A model generated the notes under the pieces. The model was not told where the DNA came from and did not search any database. It saw nothing but the letters and a program-made list of their open reading frames with translations. This document shows, one piece after another, positions 29,565-38,536 of a stretch of DNA of 64,000 nt. The number at the start of each line of letters is the position of its first letter. Positions within the stretch are counted from its first letter, which is position 1. The position numbers and the translations under genes are program-made. The stretch is from NCBI GenBank assembly GCA_965662895.1, contig CBFIJH010000001.1, forward strand, positions 164,436-228,435, read 5' to 3'. Source of the stretch: Candidatus Poseidoniaceae archaeon (GTDB taxonomy: Archaea; Thermoplasmatota; Poseidoniia; Poseidoniales; Poseidoniaceae).

Positions 29565-30272
29565 ATGATTACAAAAGAAAGCAACGTAGTAATCTTGACA
29601 GGTGCTGGCGTTAGCGCAGAATCGGGAATTCAAACGTTTCGGGCTTCGGATGGGCTTTGGGAAAACCACCGCATCGAAGAGGTAGCAACACCTGAGGGGT
29701 GGGAAGCCAACCCCAAACTTGTGTGGAATTTTTACCAACAACGGCGAAGACAATTGTTGGAAGTTGAGCCAAACCCTGGACACTTCGCTCTTGCTGATCT
29801 GGAAAATCATATCGAGCATTTTCTTCTTGTTACGCAAAATGTTGACAACTTGCATGAACGTGCTGGGTCGAAGAATCTTATCCATATGCACGGTGAACTG
29901 GAAAAACTTCGATGCGAGCATTGTGGGCGAGTTGAAACAATGATGCAAGAGGACCATTTTGGGGATGAGCTTGTTGCGTGCAATGGGTGCGGAAATCATG
30001 TTCGGCCACACATCGTTTGGTTCAATGAAATGCCTTTTGAATTGGCAAGAATCTACGAGGCAATAGCAGAGTGTGACATCTTCATCGCAATCGGAACAAG
30101 CGGACACGTTTATCCTGCAAGTGGATTCTTACAAAGAGCGCGTCTTGCTGGAGCTCACACAATCGGGATCAACCTGGACCCTCCTGAAAACGTGTTTTTC
30201 TTTGATGAATTTATCCAAGGAAAAGCGGGTGAAATCTTGCCTATGCTCGTTAAAAAATGGTTTGGCAATTAA
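29565..30272 (+). CDS. cobB: NAD-dependent deacylase (class III sirtuin)
   Basis: GAGVSAESGIQTFR, FYQQRR, TQNVDNLH, Zn Cys pairs and GTSGHVYPA. Confidence 0.95.
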   Translation: MITKESNVVILTGAGVSAESGIQTFRASDGLWENHRIEEVATPEGWEANPKLVWNFYQQRRRQLLEVEPNPGHFALADLENHIEHFLLVTQNVDNLHERAGSKNLIHMHGELEKLRCEHCGRVETMMQEDHFGDELVACNGCGNHVRPHIVWFNEMPFELARIYEAIAECDIFIAIGTSGHVYPASGFLQRARLAGAHTIGINLDPPENVFFFDEFIQGKAGEILPMLVKKWFGN

Positions 30273-30339
30273 TTGTTGGTCAGCGATTGGAGTGTTGAGG
30301 TTGAGCAATGTTTTTTCTTCTCGGCTTACAGGTGAACCC

Positions 30340-32532
30340 ATGGCAGTTCGACCGTTGTTTGTGTTCGTATCAATTGGCCTGCTGATTGCTTTGTCAGGAA
30401 CGACGCTCGTTGAAGCGCAAGAACAGGACCAGTCTGATGAAATCGTACGAATCGTGATGCTGCCTCCTGAAGCAGAAGCCACGGGAATGTTTGTCGACGA
30501 GCAAGGTCGATTTTTTGTCAACGCCATGCATCCTGACCCAGACGACTACAAGGCAACCATCGGCGTCATCAACGGTATTGATTGGAACAGCCTCTCTAAT
30601 ACGATTCCTTCACTCGATTCATCGAGTCAACCGAGTGATGTTTGGCATGGAATTCGAACGAGTAGTGGGGAGTATCAAGTTCTTCTCCAATCAGGTGATT
30701 TGATGACGGATGGTACGCTTGCTGGCGGAATTTATTCTGTCGATGACGGTCAACAAATTCTCCTAAGTGAAAAACCAGATTTCAATGCATTCGTTCCAAC
30801 TGAAGATAATGGGAGCAGAGGGTTCCTCTACACTGCATGGGAAGATCGACCGGCCGGACTGAGTCAAATCCAAATCGAGTGGAACATGTCGTCCAATCAA
30901 TGGGATGTTCTCGATAGTCAGATGCTCAATCTCTCTAAAATAAATGGGGCTTGGGTTCTGTGTTTCGGGAGTGTGAGCCCATGGGGTACACCGTTGTTCT
31001 CAGAAGAATTGTATTTTGACGATACTGAAAACTGGAACAATCCGAATTTCCGGTACCATTCCGATCAATTGCGACTCGAGCGTTACCTTGGTTACTATCC
31101 AAATCCGTACGATTATGGATTTATCATCGAAATGAACGAAGCGACCACAACAACGCCAGAACTTGTTCGACATCTTGCTATGGGCCGATTTTCACACGAA
31201 AATGCCCTCGTTATGCCGGACCACAAAACGGTTTACTTGACCGATGATGGATACGAGACGGTGTTGTTCAAATTTGTTGCAGATGTTCCGGGGGACTTGA
31301 CGGAGGGAACACTGTTCGCTGCGAAACTCATTCAAGATGGTTCATGGGACGCATCGATCACAGGCTTCGATACCGAATGGATTGAGTTGGCTTCAGCTTC
31401 AAATGCGGACGTCCAATCTTGGATTGACGAATACGATGGAATTTCCACAACCGACTATGTGGAAGGAGAAAATGCATACATTACGGACGAGGAGATCAAC
31501 AATTGGGCTGAGGGACGTTTGAACCAAGACCTGAACAACGATGGAATCGTCGGATACGCTCTCGATGACCGTGTCGCATTTCTCGAATCACGAAAGGCTG
31601 CTGCGGCGATCGGGGCGACCGATGAATGGAACAAAATGGAAGGTGTTGCATTCAACGAGAATGCTCCCGAGCACATGTATCTGGCCATGTCCAATATTGG
31701 CAATGCTATGACAGATGGTCAAGGCGATATCGACGTCTCGCTTAACTCCTGTGGAATCGTTTACAGAATGGCTACTGACAACCAATGGGATGTTCACCGA
31801 ATAGAACCGGCCATTGTTGGTGGACCGTATCTCTCTTCAGCGGAATACAAGTGCAGCATCGACAATCTCGCAGGACCTGATAACATCCTTGTCCTCGACG
31901 ATGGAAGCGTATTGGTTGGTGAGGACACCAGATATCATAAGCACAATATGGTTTGGCTTTGGCGAGAATTCATCAATCCTGTCGTTGAAGTCGATGAACA
32001 AATTCGAATCACAACGTTAAATCTTTCAGACAATCCTTCCTCCTTGGTTTCTCCATGGACATACTCATACCAAGCTGTAGTTGATGATCTGGCCTTTGAT
32101 ACCACCTACACAGCAATCGTTGTTGCAAAGAACATCAGCAGTGGGGAATGGAGTGGTGTTTGGTGGTGGAACGATATTTCTGAAACCGGTCAACAATACA
32201 ATCTTCAAATTTCTTTGAACAGAGGATGCTATATGATCGAAACTACCCTTTACGAGAAAGACGACTTGGATGTAGATGCTGGGAATGCGACAGTTCTCTC
32301 AAGTGTTCAAAGAAACCTCACGGTAGGCAATGGGGATTGTGTCGATGGAACCTATACTGAAGCGGTTGAAGTCGAATCAGTTCCTAAAGACACAATCGAA
32401 TCAAACAACGCTCCAGGCTTTGCTTTTACTCTTCTCAGTGCTTCCATTTGTTTGGGATTGTTCTTCGCAAATCAGGAAAGAGAACATACTTGCAACAACA
32501 ACCAAGTTCAAGAGCAACCACCAATTGAGTGA
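30340..32532 (+). CDS. phoX: secreted PhoX-family (DUF839) alkaline phosphatase with PGF-type C-terminal anchor
   Basis: Signal peptide; CFGSVSPWGTPLFSEE, GRFSHE, GPDN, GEDT; APGF followed by a TM helix. Confidence 0.85.
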   Translation: MAVRPLFVFVSIGLLIALSGTTLVEAQEQDQSDEIVRIVMLPPEAEATGMFVDEQGRFFVNAMHPDPDDYKATIGVINGIDWNSLSNTIPSLDSSSQPSDVWHGIRTSSGEYQVLLQSGDLMTDGTLAGGIYSVDDGQQILLSEKPDFNAFVPTEDNGSRGFLYTAWEDRPAGLSQIQIEWNMSSNQWDVLDSQMLNLSKINGAWVLCFGSVSPWGTPLFSEELYFDDTENWNNPNFRYHSDQLRLERYLGYYPNPYDYGFIIEMNEATTTTPELVRHLAMGRFSHENALVMPDHKTVYLTDDGYETVLFKFVADVPGDLTEGTLFAAKLIQDGSWDASITGFDTEWIELASASNADVQSWIDEYDGISTTDYVEGENAYITDEEINNWAEGRLNQDLNNDGIVGYALDDRVAFLESRKAAAAIGATDEWNKMEGVAFNENAPEHMYLAMSNIGNAMTDGQGDIDVSLNSCGIVYRMATDNQWDVHRIEPAIVGGPYLSSAEYKCSIDNLAGPDNILVLDDGSVLVGEDTRYHKHNMVWLWREFINPVVEVDEQIRITTLNLSDNPSSLVSPWTYSYQAVVDDLAFDTTYTAIVVAKNISSGEWSGVWWWNDISETGQQYNLQISLNRGCYMIETTLYEKDDLDVDAGNATVLSSVQRNLTVGNGDCVDGTYTEAVEVESVPKDTIESNNAPGFAFTLLSASICLGLFFANQEREHTCNNNQVQEQPPIE

Positions 32533-32535
32533 ATT

Positions 32536-34065
32536 GTGGGTCAGAAATCGCTCTCAGAATTGCGGTGGCAATCTCGTTTTCTTGATGAGACTCCTGGAGA
32601 TACGGAGGTGGGTGGTCAACCTCGACAAGTTCCAGGCGTATGCTGGTCAAGGGTTGAGCCAACCCACGTTCCAAAACCAGTGTTGCGTTTGTGGTCGAAT
32701 GAAATGGCTCAATCCCTCAACCTGAAGAAAGGAGAACCTACAGTTCTTGGAGGAAACCAAGTGGTAGAAGGCATGGATCCATACGCACAAAGGTATGGAG
32801 GACACCAATTTGGGAATTGGGCAAATCAGCTCGGAGACGGTCGAGCCATCACACTCGGTGAAGTGGATACGGGAACGGAGGTGCTCGAACTGCAATTGAA
32901 AGGGCCAGGGAAAACACCGTATTCTCGTTTTGCAGATGGTAAGGCGGTCTTGCGCTCCTCAATTCGTGAATTTCTTTGCAGTGAAGCCATGCATCACCTT
33001 GGTATTCCCACAACACGAGCCCTTTCGTTGGTCACAACAGGAGAACATGTTGTTCGTGATGTCATGTATGATGGAAACCCTGCCCCTGAACCCGGAGCCA
33101 TTGTTTGTCGCGTTGCTCCAAGCTTCATTCGTTTTGGTTCCTTTCAGATTCATTCCATGAACGGTGACAAGGAAACGTTGCAAAAACTAGTTGATTACAC
33201 CATTAAGCATCATTTTCCTCAACATAGTTCATCGGATGAAGAAGGAATCGTCAAGTGGTTGAACCAAGTTGCTCAGGAAACAGCCAACATGATAGCGCAT
33301 TGGATGCGTGTTGGATTTGTCCATGGTGTCATGAATACCGACAATATGTCCATCCATGGCCTAACCATCGATTATGGACCGTATGGATGGATAGAAGATT
33401 ACAATCCAAATTGGACACCAAACACCACAGATGCACGCACGGGCCGTTACCGATTTGGTCAACAAGCACAAATTGGGGCGTGGAATCTTGCCCGACTGCT
33501 TGAATCGATAAGTCCACTTCTTGAACACCCTGAACGATTGTATGAATGCTTGGAGACGTACTACAATGCATACGAAGAGCAGAACAATTTGATGTGGATG
33601 CAAAAACTTGGACTTCGAGAATTCAAGGAAGATGATGCTGAATTGGTACGAAGCCTCACATCCAATCTTCAACTGGTCGAAACGGATATGACGATTTTCT
33701 TTCGCCTGTTATCATCCATTGATGAACCAGAAATCACCTCCATCCATTCGGCGTTTTATGATGTTGATTCCATACCAACGGCCGAATGGAATCAATGGCT
33801 AGAGGCTTGGTGGACGCGTGTCGAGGGTCAGCCAGATCGCAATGCAATGAAATCAGCCAACCCAAAATACGTCCTTCGAAACTGGATGGCCCAACTCGCT
33901 ATCGATGCTGCGGAAAAGGATGATTACTCGGTTGCAGAAGAATTGCATGAACTACTAAAATCTCCATACGATGAACACGAAAAGCATGAAGAGAAATGGT
34001 TCCAAAAACGGCCAGAATGGGCACGCCATCGGGTTGGATGTTCGATGTTATCGTGCTCGAGTTAG
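32536..34065 (+). CDS. selO: protein adenylyltransferase SelO/YdiU
   Basis: YGGHQFG, QLGDGRA, LKG.GKTPYSR, HGVMNTDN and C-terminal CSMLSCSS. Confidence 0.95.
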   Translation: MGQKSLSELRWQSRFLDETPGDTEVGGQPRQVPGVCWSRVEPTHVPKPVLRLWSNEMAQSLNLKKGEPTVLGGNQVVEGMDPYAQRYGGHQFGNWANQLGDGRAITLGEVDTGTEVLELQLKGPGKTPYSRFADGKAVLRSSIREFLCSEAMHHLGIPTTRALSLVTTGEHVVRDVMYDGNPAPEPGAIVCRVAPSFIRFGSFQIHSMNGDKETLQKLVDYTIKHHFPQHSSSDEEGIVKWLNQVAQETANMIAHWMRVGFVHGVMNTDNMSIHGLTIDYGPYGWIEDYNPNWTPNTTDARTGRYRFGQQAQIGAWNLARLLESISPLLEHPERLYECLETYYNAYEEQNNLMWMQKLGLREFKEDDAELVRSLTSNLQLVETDMTIFFRLLSSIDEPEITSIHSAFYDVDSIPTAEWNQWLEAWWTRVEGQPDRNAMKSANPKYVLRNWMAQLAIDAAEKDDYSVAEELHELLKSPYDEHEKHEEKWFQKRPEWARHRVGCSMLSCSS

Positions 34066-34068
34066 AAT

Positions 34069-34710
34069 CTATTCTTCTTCCCATCCATGACGTTGGGCAA
34101 GGTCACGACTTACCAGCGGATTGTTGCAATGCGGACATGTATCCTTTGGGGACAACAAGTCTGGGCGGATAGCCAAGACCGCCATGCATGTTGGACATGC
34201 GGCGAGCATTTCACCATCCTCTAAGTCAGCCTCCGGCGTTGGTACAAACGTCGTATATCCTTGTCGATAGAGAGGGGAGAAGTGATAACGGACGCGCTGA
34301 AAGGAACTGTACGATGCATAACCCATGATGAGCATAAACAACAAACCTCCGACCGCCCCAGCAAGAACCGAATACAAATTTATCAAAAACAACAAGAAGA
34401 ATATCACAGATGCGCAAGCAATAATCAGTGCTGCAGGCCAATATGCCCAACCGTTCCTAGAGCGATACGAAAACCACGTTGAAGTTGTGATAAACAAAGG
34501 AACTGCCCAAATCAGTAGCGCACCTCGTCCGATGTATGTTTGTGCGATACTTGCAAAGTCCCAAGCGATGAGGACAATGATGAGACTATCAATCGCTAGG
34601 ATAAGTGAAGTGCTTCGATGGGTTTGATCAAACAAAGCAGACAACGTTGCGGAAGCACGTTGACCTCCGGAACCTGCCAAGACGATGTCATCGCCTCTGT
34701 TGCCTGCCAT
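34069..34710 (-). CDS. membrane protein with C-terminal Zn ribbon
   Basis: Four TM helices followed by CPTC..CPHC. Confidence 0.7.
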   Translation of the reverse strand: MAGNRGDDIVLAGSGGQRASATLSALFDQTHRSTSLILAIDSLIIVLIAWDFASIAQTYIGRGALLIWAVPLFITTSTWFSYRSRNGWAYWPAALIIACASVIFFLLFLINLYSVLAGAVGGLLFMLIMGYASYSSFQRVRYHFSPLYRQGYTTFVPTPEADLEDGEMLAACPTCMAVLAIRPDLLSPKDTCPHCNNPLVSRDLAQRHGWEEE

Positions 34711-34788
34711 GCACCCACCAATCAGCCACCTCACATGAAGGCTTGTGAACAGCGAAGAAGTCTTCATGGTCCATGCACTCGGAATGGT

Positions 34789-35985
34789 ATGAGCGTCCGT
34801 GATACCGACGTTGAGAGGAAGGGTTCCAGTCTCTCTGGTAAGCGCATCCTCGTTGGTGTCACGGGGGGAATCGCTGCAGTCGACACGGTCCGTTTGCTTC
34901 GCGAAATGCGAAGACATGGAGCCGAGATGCTTGTAATTATGACAGAAAGTGCACAACGAGTTATCACGCCTCTTGCTGTTGAATGGGCAAGCCAATGCCA
35001 GGTCATTACAGACTGGGATGGCGATATGAAGCAATTGGAAGATGTGGATGCGATTCTTGTTGCACCTGCAACACGCAACACCATTGCTGCACATTTGCAT
35101 GGTATGCAACAAGGGCCTTTGCTCATGGCATTAAGCGCAGCAAGATCGAGAAACACACACGTCTTGATGGTCCCGAGCATGCATGCGGACCTTGCAGAAG
35201 ACCCTGTGACCGACGACATCGTTGATCGTCTGCGAGACGATGGTATCGACGTGATGTGGGGAGACCTTGAGGAAGGAAAACGAAAAACTCCGAATCATGA
35301 ACATATTGTAGCACGTTTCGCCCATGGAATCCACTTAAGTTCAAAATCGCGAAAGAATGTCGTCATCACCTTAGGCGGTACATATTCACCCATCGATGAT
35401 GTCCGAGGCATCCAGAACACAAGTTCTGGGGCCACAGGTTATGCTATTGCTGATGAATTGTATCGATATGGCCACGATGTGACCTGTGTTGTTGGAAAAA
35501 CAAGCGTCCGGGAACCATCGTGGTTACCGCTTTGCATTCGAGCTGAACAACCGGAGCAAATGCTTGCTGAGCTCTTTGCACTATCGAACGATGACATCGA
35601 CGCTTGGGTTCACACTGCTGCAGTCCTTGATTACGTTGTAGAAAAGCCTGCACAAGGAAAACTTGCGAGCCAACAAGGACCTCTTCAAGTTCATTTGGTT
35701 GAAGGTTCGAAACACATTCAAGAATTGAAGGAAAAAGTGCGTGGTTCGACACGTATTGGTTTCAAACTTGAAACTGGGATTAAGCAACGGGATCTCATTC
35801 ATCGAGCGACGGCGCAAATCGAACACTCCGGAATGACAGCTGTCGTTGCCAACCGATTGGAAGATCTCGGTGACCCTTCAAAACCTCGGGGCTATCTTGT
35901 CGACAAGCAAGGCAGTCATTTCGTCCTCGAATCAGAATTCGACCTCTGTGATGCCCTTCGAACCATTATCGAACGAGGGGATTGA
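34789..35985 (+). CDS. coaBC: phosphopantothenoylcysteine decarboxylase/ligase
   Basis: GVTGGIAA, APATRNT, IDDVRGIQNTSSG, AAVLDY and GFKLE. Confidence 0.93.
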   Translation: MSVRDTDVERKGSSLSGKRILVGVTGGIAAVDTVRLLREMRRHGAEMLVIMTESAQRVITPLAVEWASQCQVITDWDGDMKQLEDVDAILVAPATRNTIAAHLHGMQQGPLLMALSAARSRNTHVLMVPSMHADLAEDPVTDDIVDRLRDDGIDVMWGDLEEGKRKTPNHEHIVARFAHGIHLSSKSRKNVVITLGGTYSPIDDVRGIQNTSSGATGYAIADELYRYGHDVTCVVGKTSVREPSWLPLCIRAEQPEQMLAELFALSNDDIDAWVHTAAVLDYVVEKPAQGKLASQQGPLQVHLVEGSKHIQELKEKVRGSTRIGFKLETGIKQRDLIHRATAQIEHSGMTAVVANRLEDLGDPSKPRGYLVDKQGSHFVLESEFDLCDALRTIIERGD

Positions 35986-35986
35986 T

Positions 35987-36592
35987 GTGCGCCGTTTTGC
36001 AATCATTGGACATCGAGCCATGAGCAAGGGAAAACTTCCACTCAACGACCTCGCAGGTGGTGCTGGAAGAATGGATGTCCTGATTCGTGCAGTGATGTCC
36101 GCATTGCTTACATCGCACGGTTTACGTCCTGATGTTGAAGTCATTTTGCATCTTCAAGGTGGCCCAGGCCCACATCGTAGGTTGAAATTTGTAGGATCTG
36201 AACTACGAGGTTTTCATGCTGAAGAACGAAGCGTTGCGGGTCTGATTGCAAAGGTCCTACGCGAACCTCTACCTGCGATTGGTCAATGGGTTGAGCGAAC
36301 TCCTGGACTCTACGATGGAGGAGGTCAATTATCGCAAACACTTCGAGACTGGAGCGATTCGACACTCATACGTCTTGATGCTGATGCCGAGCGACTGTGG
36401 AAAGAGGAGAGTGTGATTCCAACACAGTCCGAAAGAAACCAACAGTCGATTGCGTTTTTACTGTCGGACGACCAACCCTTGAAGTCTCAAGATGGGGTTG
36501 CACGTTCCCTCGGAACAACATGGTTGCAGGGCCATCATGCCATTGCAATCTGCCATTTCTTACTTGACGAGGGTGTTGAACTCAACCTTTGA
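35987..36592 (+). CDS. trmY: tRNA pseudouridine(54)-N1 methyltransferase
   Basis: MRRFAIIGH, DLAGGAGRMDVL, SHGLR and FLLSDD; GTG start. Confidence 0.88.
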   Translation: MRRFAIIGHRAMSKGKLPLNDLAGGAGRMDVLIRAVMSALLTSHGLRPDVEVILHLQGGPGPHRRLKFVGSELRGFHAEERSVAGLIAKVLREPLPAIGQWVERTPGLYDGGGQLSQTLRDWSDSTLIRLDADAERLWKEESVIPTQSERNQQSIAFLLSDDQPLKSQDGVARSLGTTWLQGHHAIAICHFLLDEGVELNL

Positions 36593-37559
36593 ACCAGGCA
36601 GGGTAACCTTTCCCGTCTTGGTCAAGTGCGTGTGAGAGTAATTCATCATCCAATGTAAGCGGGTGAGTTCGTGGCCAATTTGGAAGTGAGGAAATGCTTG
36701 CATAACCCGCAGTAACTGCATCACAATCTCCTTGTTCAACAACATCCGTATCGATGTAGGCGGCTCCAATCGTGAAAGTGGTTTCAACAGAACCCATTTC
36801 ATTCTCAGAGAATTGAACTGCATTGCGATACCAGCGCATTCCCAATCGAGTCGTCTTGTACTTTCCATTCCACTCGGGGGGAACATTCAGATTGAGCATC
36901 AACTCGCCATGATGAAATGCATCGAGTAATTGCTTTCCGGCTTCTTGTTTCGTTCGCGCTGTTGAAGCATGAGGCCATGATGAAACATGAGGTGCATTCG
37001 CATCGATGTGCGGTCGACAAAGATTCTTTGGAATCTTAGGAACAAGGGTTAAGACATGTTGGACAAATTCGACCGTTGCATCGATACCAACCTGCATGCC
37101 AGATGGATCGAATGATGTGTAGGAACTTGCTACGGCTGGCATCCCATACAACCCTGCTTCTCGAGCAGCACCCATCGTACCACTATGATAGGAATCCTGG
37201 GAAAGATTTGGTCCAAGATTGACACCTGAAACAACAAGCGAAGGTTCGATATGTGGCAAAATGTGCTTCACTCCACCATCCAATGCGACAATCATCGTGT
37301 CGCAAGGAGTTCCATCGAGACTGTACAAGTGTACGCCTACAGCGTCATCAAGACCCCACTCTTGAATCAAGTCGTTTCTGTTGTGAAGGTTGATTGGTAT
37401 ACCGAGATTCAATTGCATACTACACGCTGATTTGTTGGTTGAAGGAGCAAAGGCGACCAGTGGTATTCCAGCCTTGTTTAAGGCTTTGACGAGACCCTCA
37501 AAACCCGGAGCTTCAATACCGTCGTCGTTGGTTAACAGGACCCATTTCTCTTCCGTCAT
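36582..37559 (-). CDS. surE: 5'/3'-nucleotidase SurE
   Basis: LLTNDDGIEAPG, GTPCD, SGVNLGPN and SGTMGAA. Confidence 0.93.
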   Translation of the reverse strand: MTEEKWVLLTNDDGIEAPGFEGLVKALNKAGIPLVAFAPSTNKSACSMQLNLGIPINLHNRNDLIQEWGLDDAVGVHLYSLDGTPCDTMIVALDGGVKHILPHIEPSLVVSGVNLGPNLSQDSYHSGTMGAAREAGLYGMPAVASSYTSFDPSGMQVGIDATVEFVQHVLTLVPKIPKNLCRPHIDANAPHVSSWPHASTARTKQEAGKQLLDAFHHGELMLNLNVPPEWNGKYKTTRLGMRWYRNAVQFSENEMGSVETTFTIGAAYIDTDVVEQGDCDAVTAGYASISSLPNWPRTHPLTLDDELLSHALDQDGKGYPAWFKG

Positions 37560-38536
37560 TCTATCTCCACCAATCCATTGACATTATCAAGTGATGTTTG
37601 GTTCATAACGTGTTCTCCATAGACGATTGAAAGGATACCGAGGAGAAGAATAGGTCCACCAATCCACGTCCAAAATCCCGGTATTCCCGTTGAGAAAAAC
37701 ATCCAACCAATGATTGAACCGAGAACGGGTTCGAGAGTGACACTGATCGAAATGAGCAGTGGTGAGACGTATTTTAGACAATAATTGAGACCGGTATGAC
37801 CTAAAATCCCTGCAATCAATGCGAGAAGAACGAACCACAGAAGCGTATCGTGGGAGAAATATCCAAATGCGCCATACTGTGAATAGTCCCATTCCAAGAA
37901 CCAGGAGGCTGGGATGAGAAGCAGACCTCCGAGAAGTGTTACTGGAAACGCATAGAGGAACAATGGCATCCATTCACGCAGAATACGGCCACAAACAATG
38001 TAGCCGACCACGAAAACTGCACCGAGGAATGCAAGTTGATCACCAAAGAACGTTACCGATCGATCTCCCTGAACGTCACCTGCATCAAGCATTGAAATAG
38101 CAGCTCCTACAAATGCAGCAATCCCTCCAATCAGTTCCAAGCGGTTTGGTTTTCTCACAAAAAAGAACATCCCAATGAGAATCACGAGGGGATGAGCCGT
38201 TACAAACAGCAAGGAATGGGTCAAAGATGTATAATCCAGTGATGTGACCCAGAAACCGAAATGGAGGGCGAGAAATGCCCCACTACCAGCGATAATCTTC
38301 AGTGTCGTTGGTTGGAACAACTTAGACTTCACCTCCTGTTCGATGGAGGTATACTGAAGAAAGGCGAGAGGAGCAAGAATGAGGGCTGTTAATTGCAACC
38401 GCCATGATGCTCGCAAAAGTGGAGGGATTTCGTCAACATGTGTGAAAATCGCTCCAGCGCTTGACACACCGCATATCGCCACACCGAGGACCAACCACAC
38501 GTGTGCTGGGACTGAGCCATTTGGCATGTCGGTCAC
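37556..38536 (-). CDS. EamA/DMT family transporter
   Basis: About 10 TM helices in two EamA repeats (GDQLA, LEPV). Confidence 0.9.
   Translation of the reverse strand: MTDMPNGSVPAHVWLVLGVAICGVSSAGAIFTHVDEIPPLLRASWRLQLTALILAPLAFLQYTSIEQEVKSKLFQPTTLKIIAGSGAFLALHFGFWVTSLDYTSLTHSLLFVTAHPLVILIGMFFFVRKPNRLELIGGIAAFVGAAISMLDAGDVQGDRSVTFFGDQLAFLGAVFVVGYIVCGRILREWMPLFLYAFPVTLLGGLLLIPASWFLEWDYSQYGAFGYFSHDTLLWFVLLALIAGILGHTGLNYCLKYVSPLLISISVTLEPVLGSIIGWMFFSTGIPGFWTWIGGPILLLGILSIVYGEHVMNQTSLDNVNGLVEIE

Noticed and set aside
29070-30107. 345-aa minus-strand ORF
   Set aside because: Antisense shadow of the sirtuin and membrane protein genes, with no recognisable motifs.
26718-30272. Magnetosome island
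   Set aside because: Only a MamK-like gene is present. There are no mamA/B/E/M/O/P/Q, feo or magnetochrome genes, and the surrounding context is archaeal core.
32461-32535. Frameshift in the PhoX tail that would restore a basic cluster (FFAIRK)
   Set aside because: The alternative frame runs about 190 nt into selO, whereas the present stop sits neatly 3 bp before selO.
34042-34065. Selenocysteine in SelO
   Set aside because: The C-terminus encodes Cys (TGC) and ends in TAG; there is no in-frame TGA.
34711-35112. N-terminal extension of ORF 34069..35112 (and similar long extensions of ipk, IDI-GGPPS, phoX, rps7, trmY, hbd)
   Set aside because: They overlap bona fide genes or the tRNA; downstream starts fit the family N-termini better.
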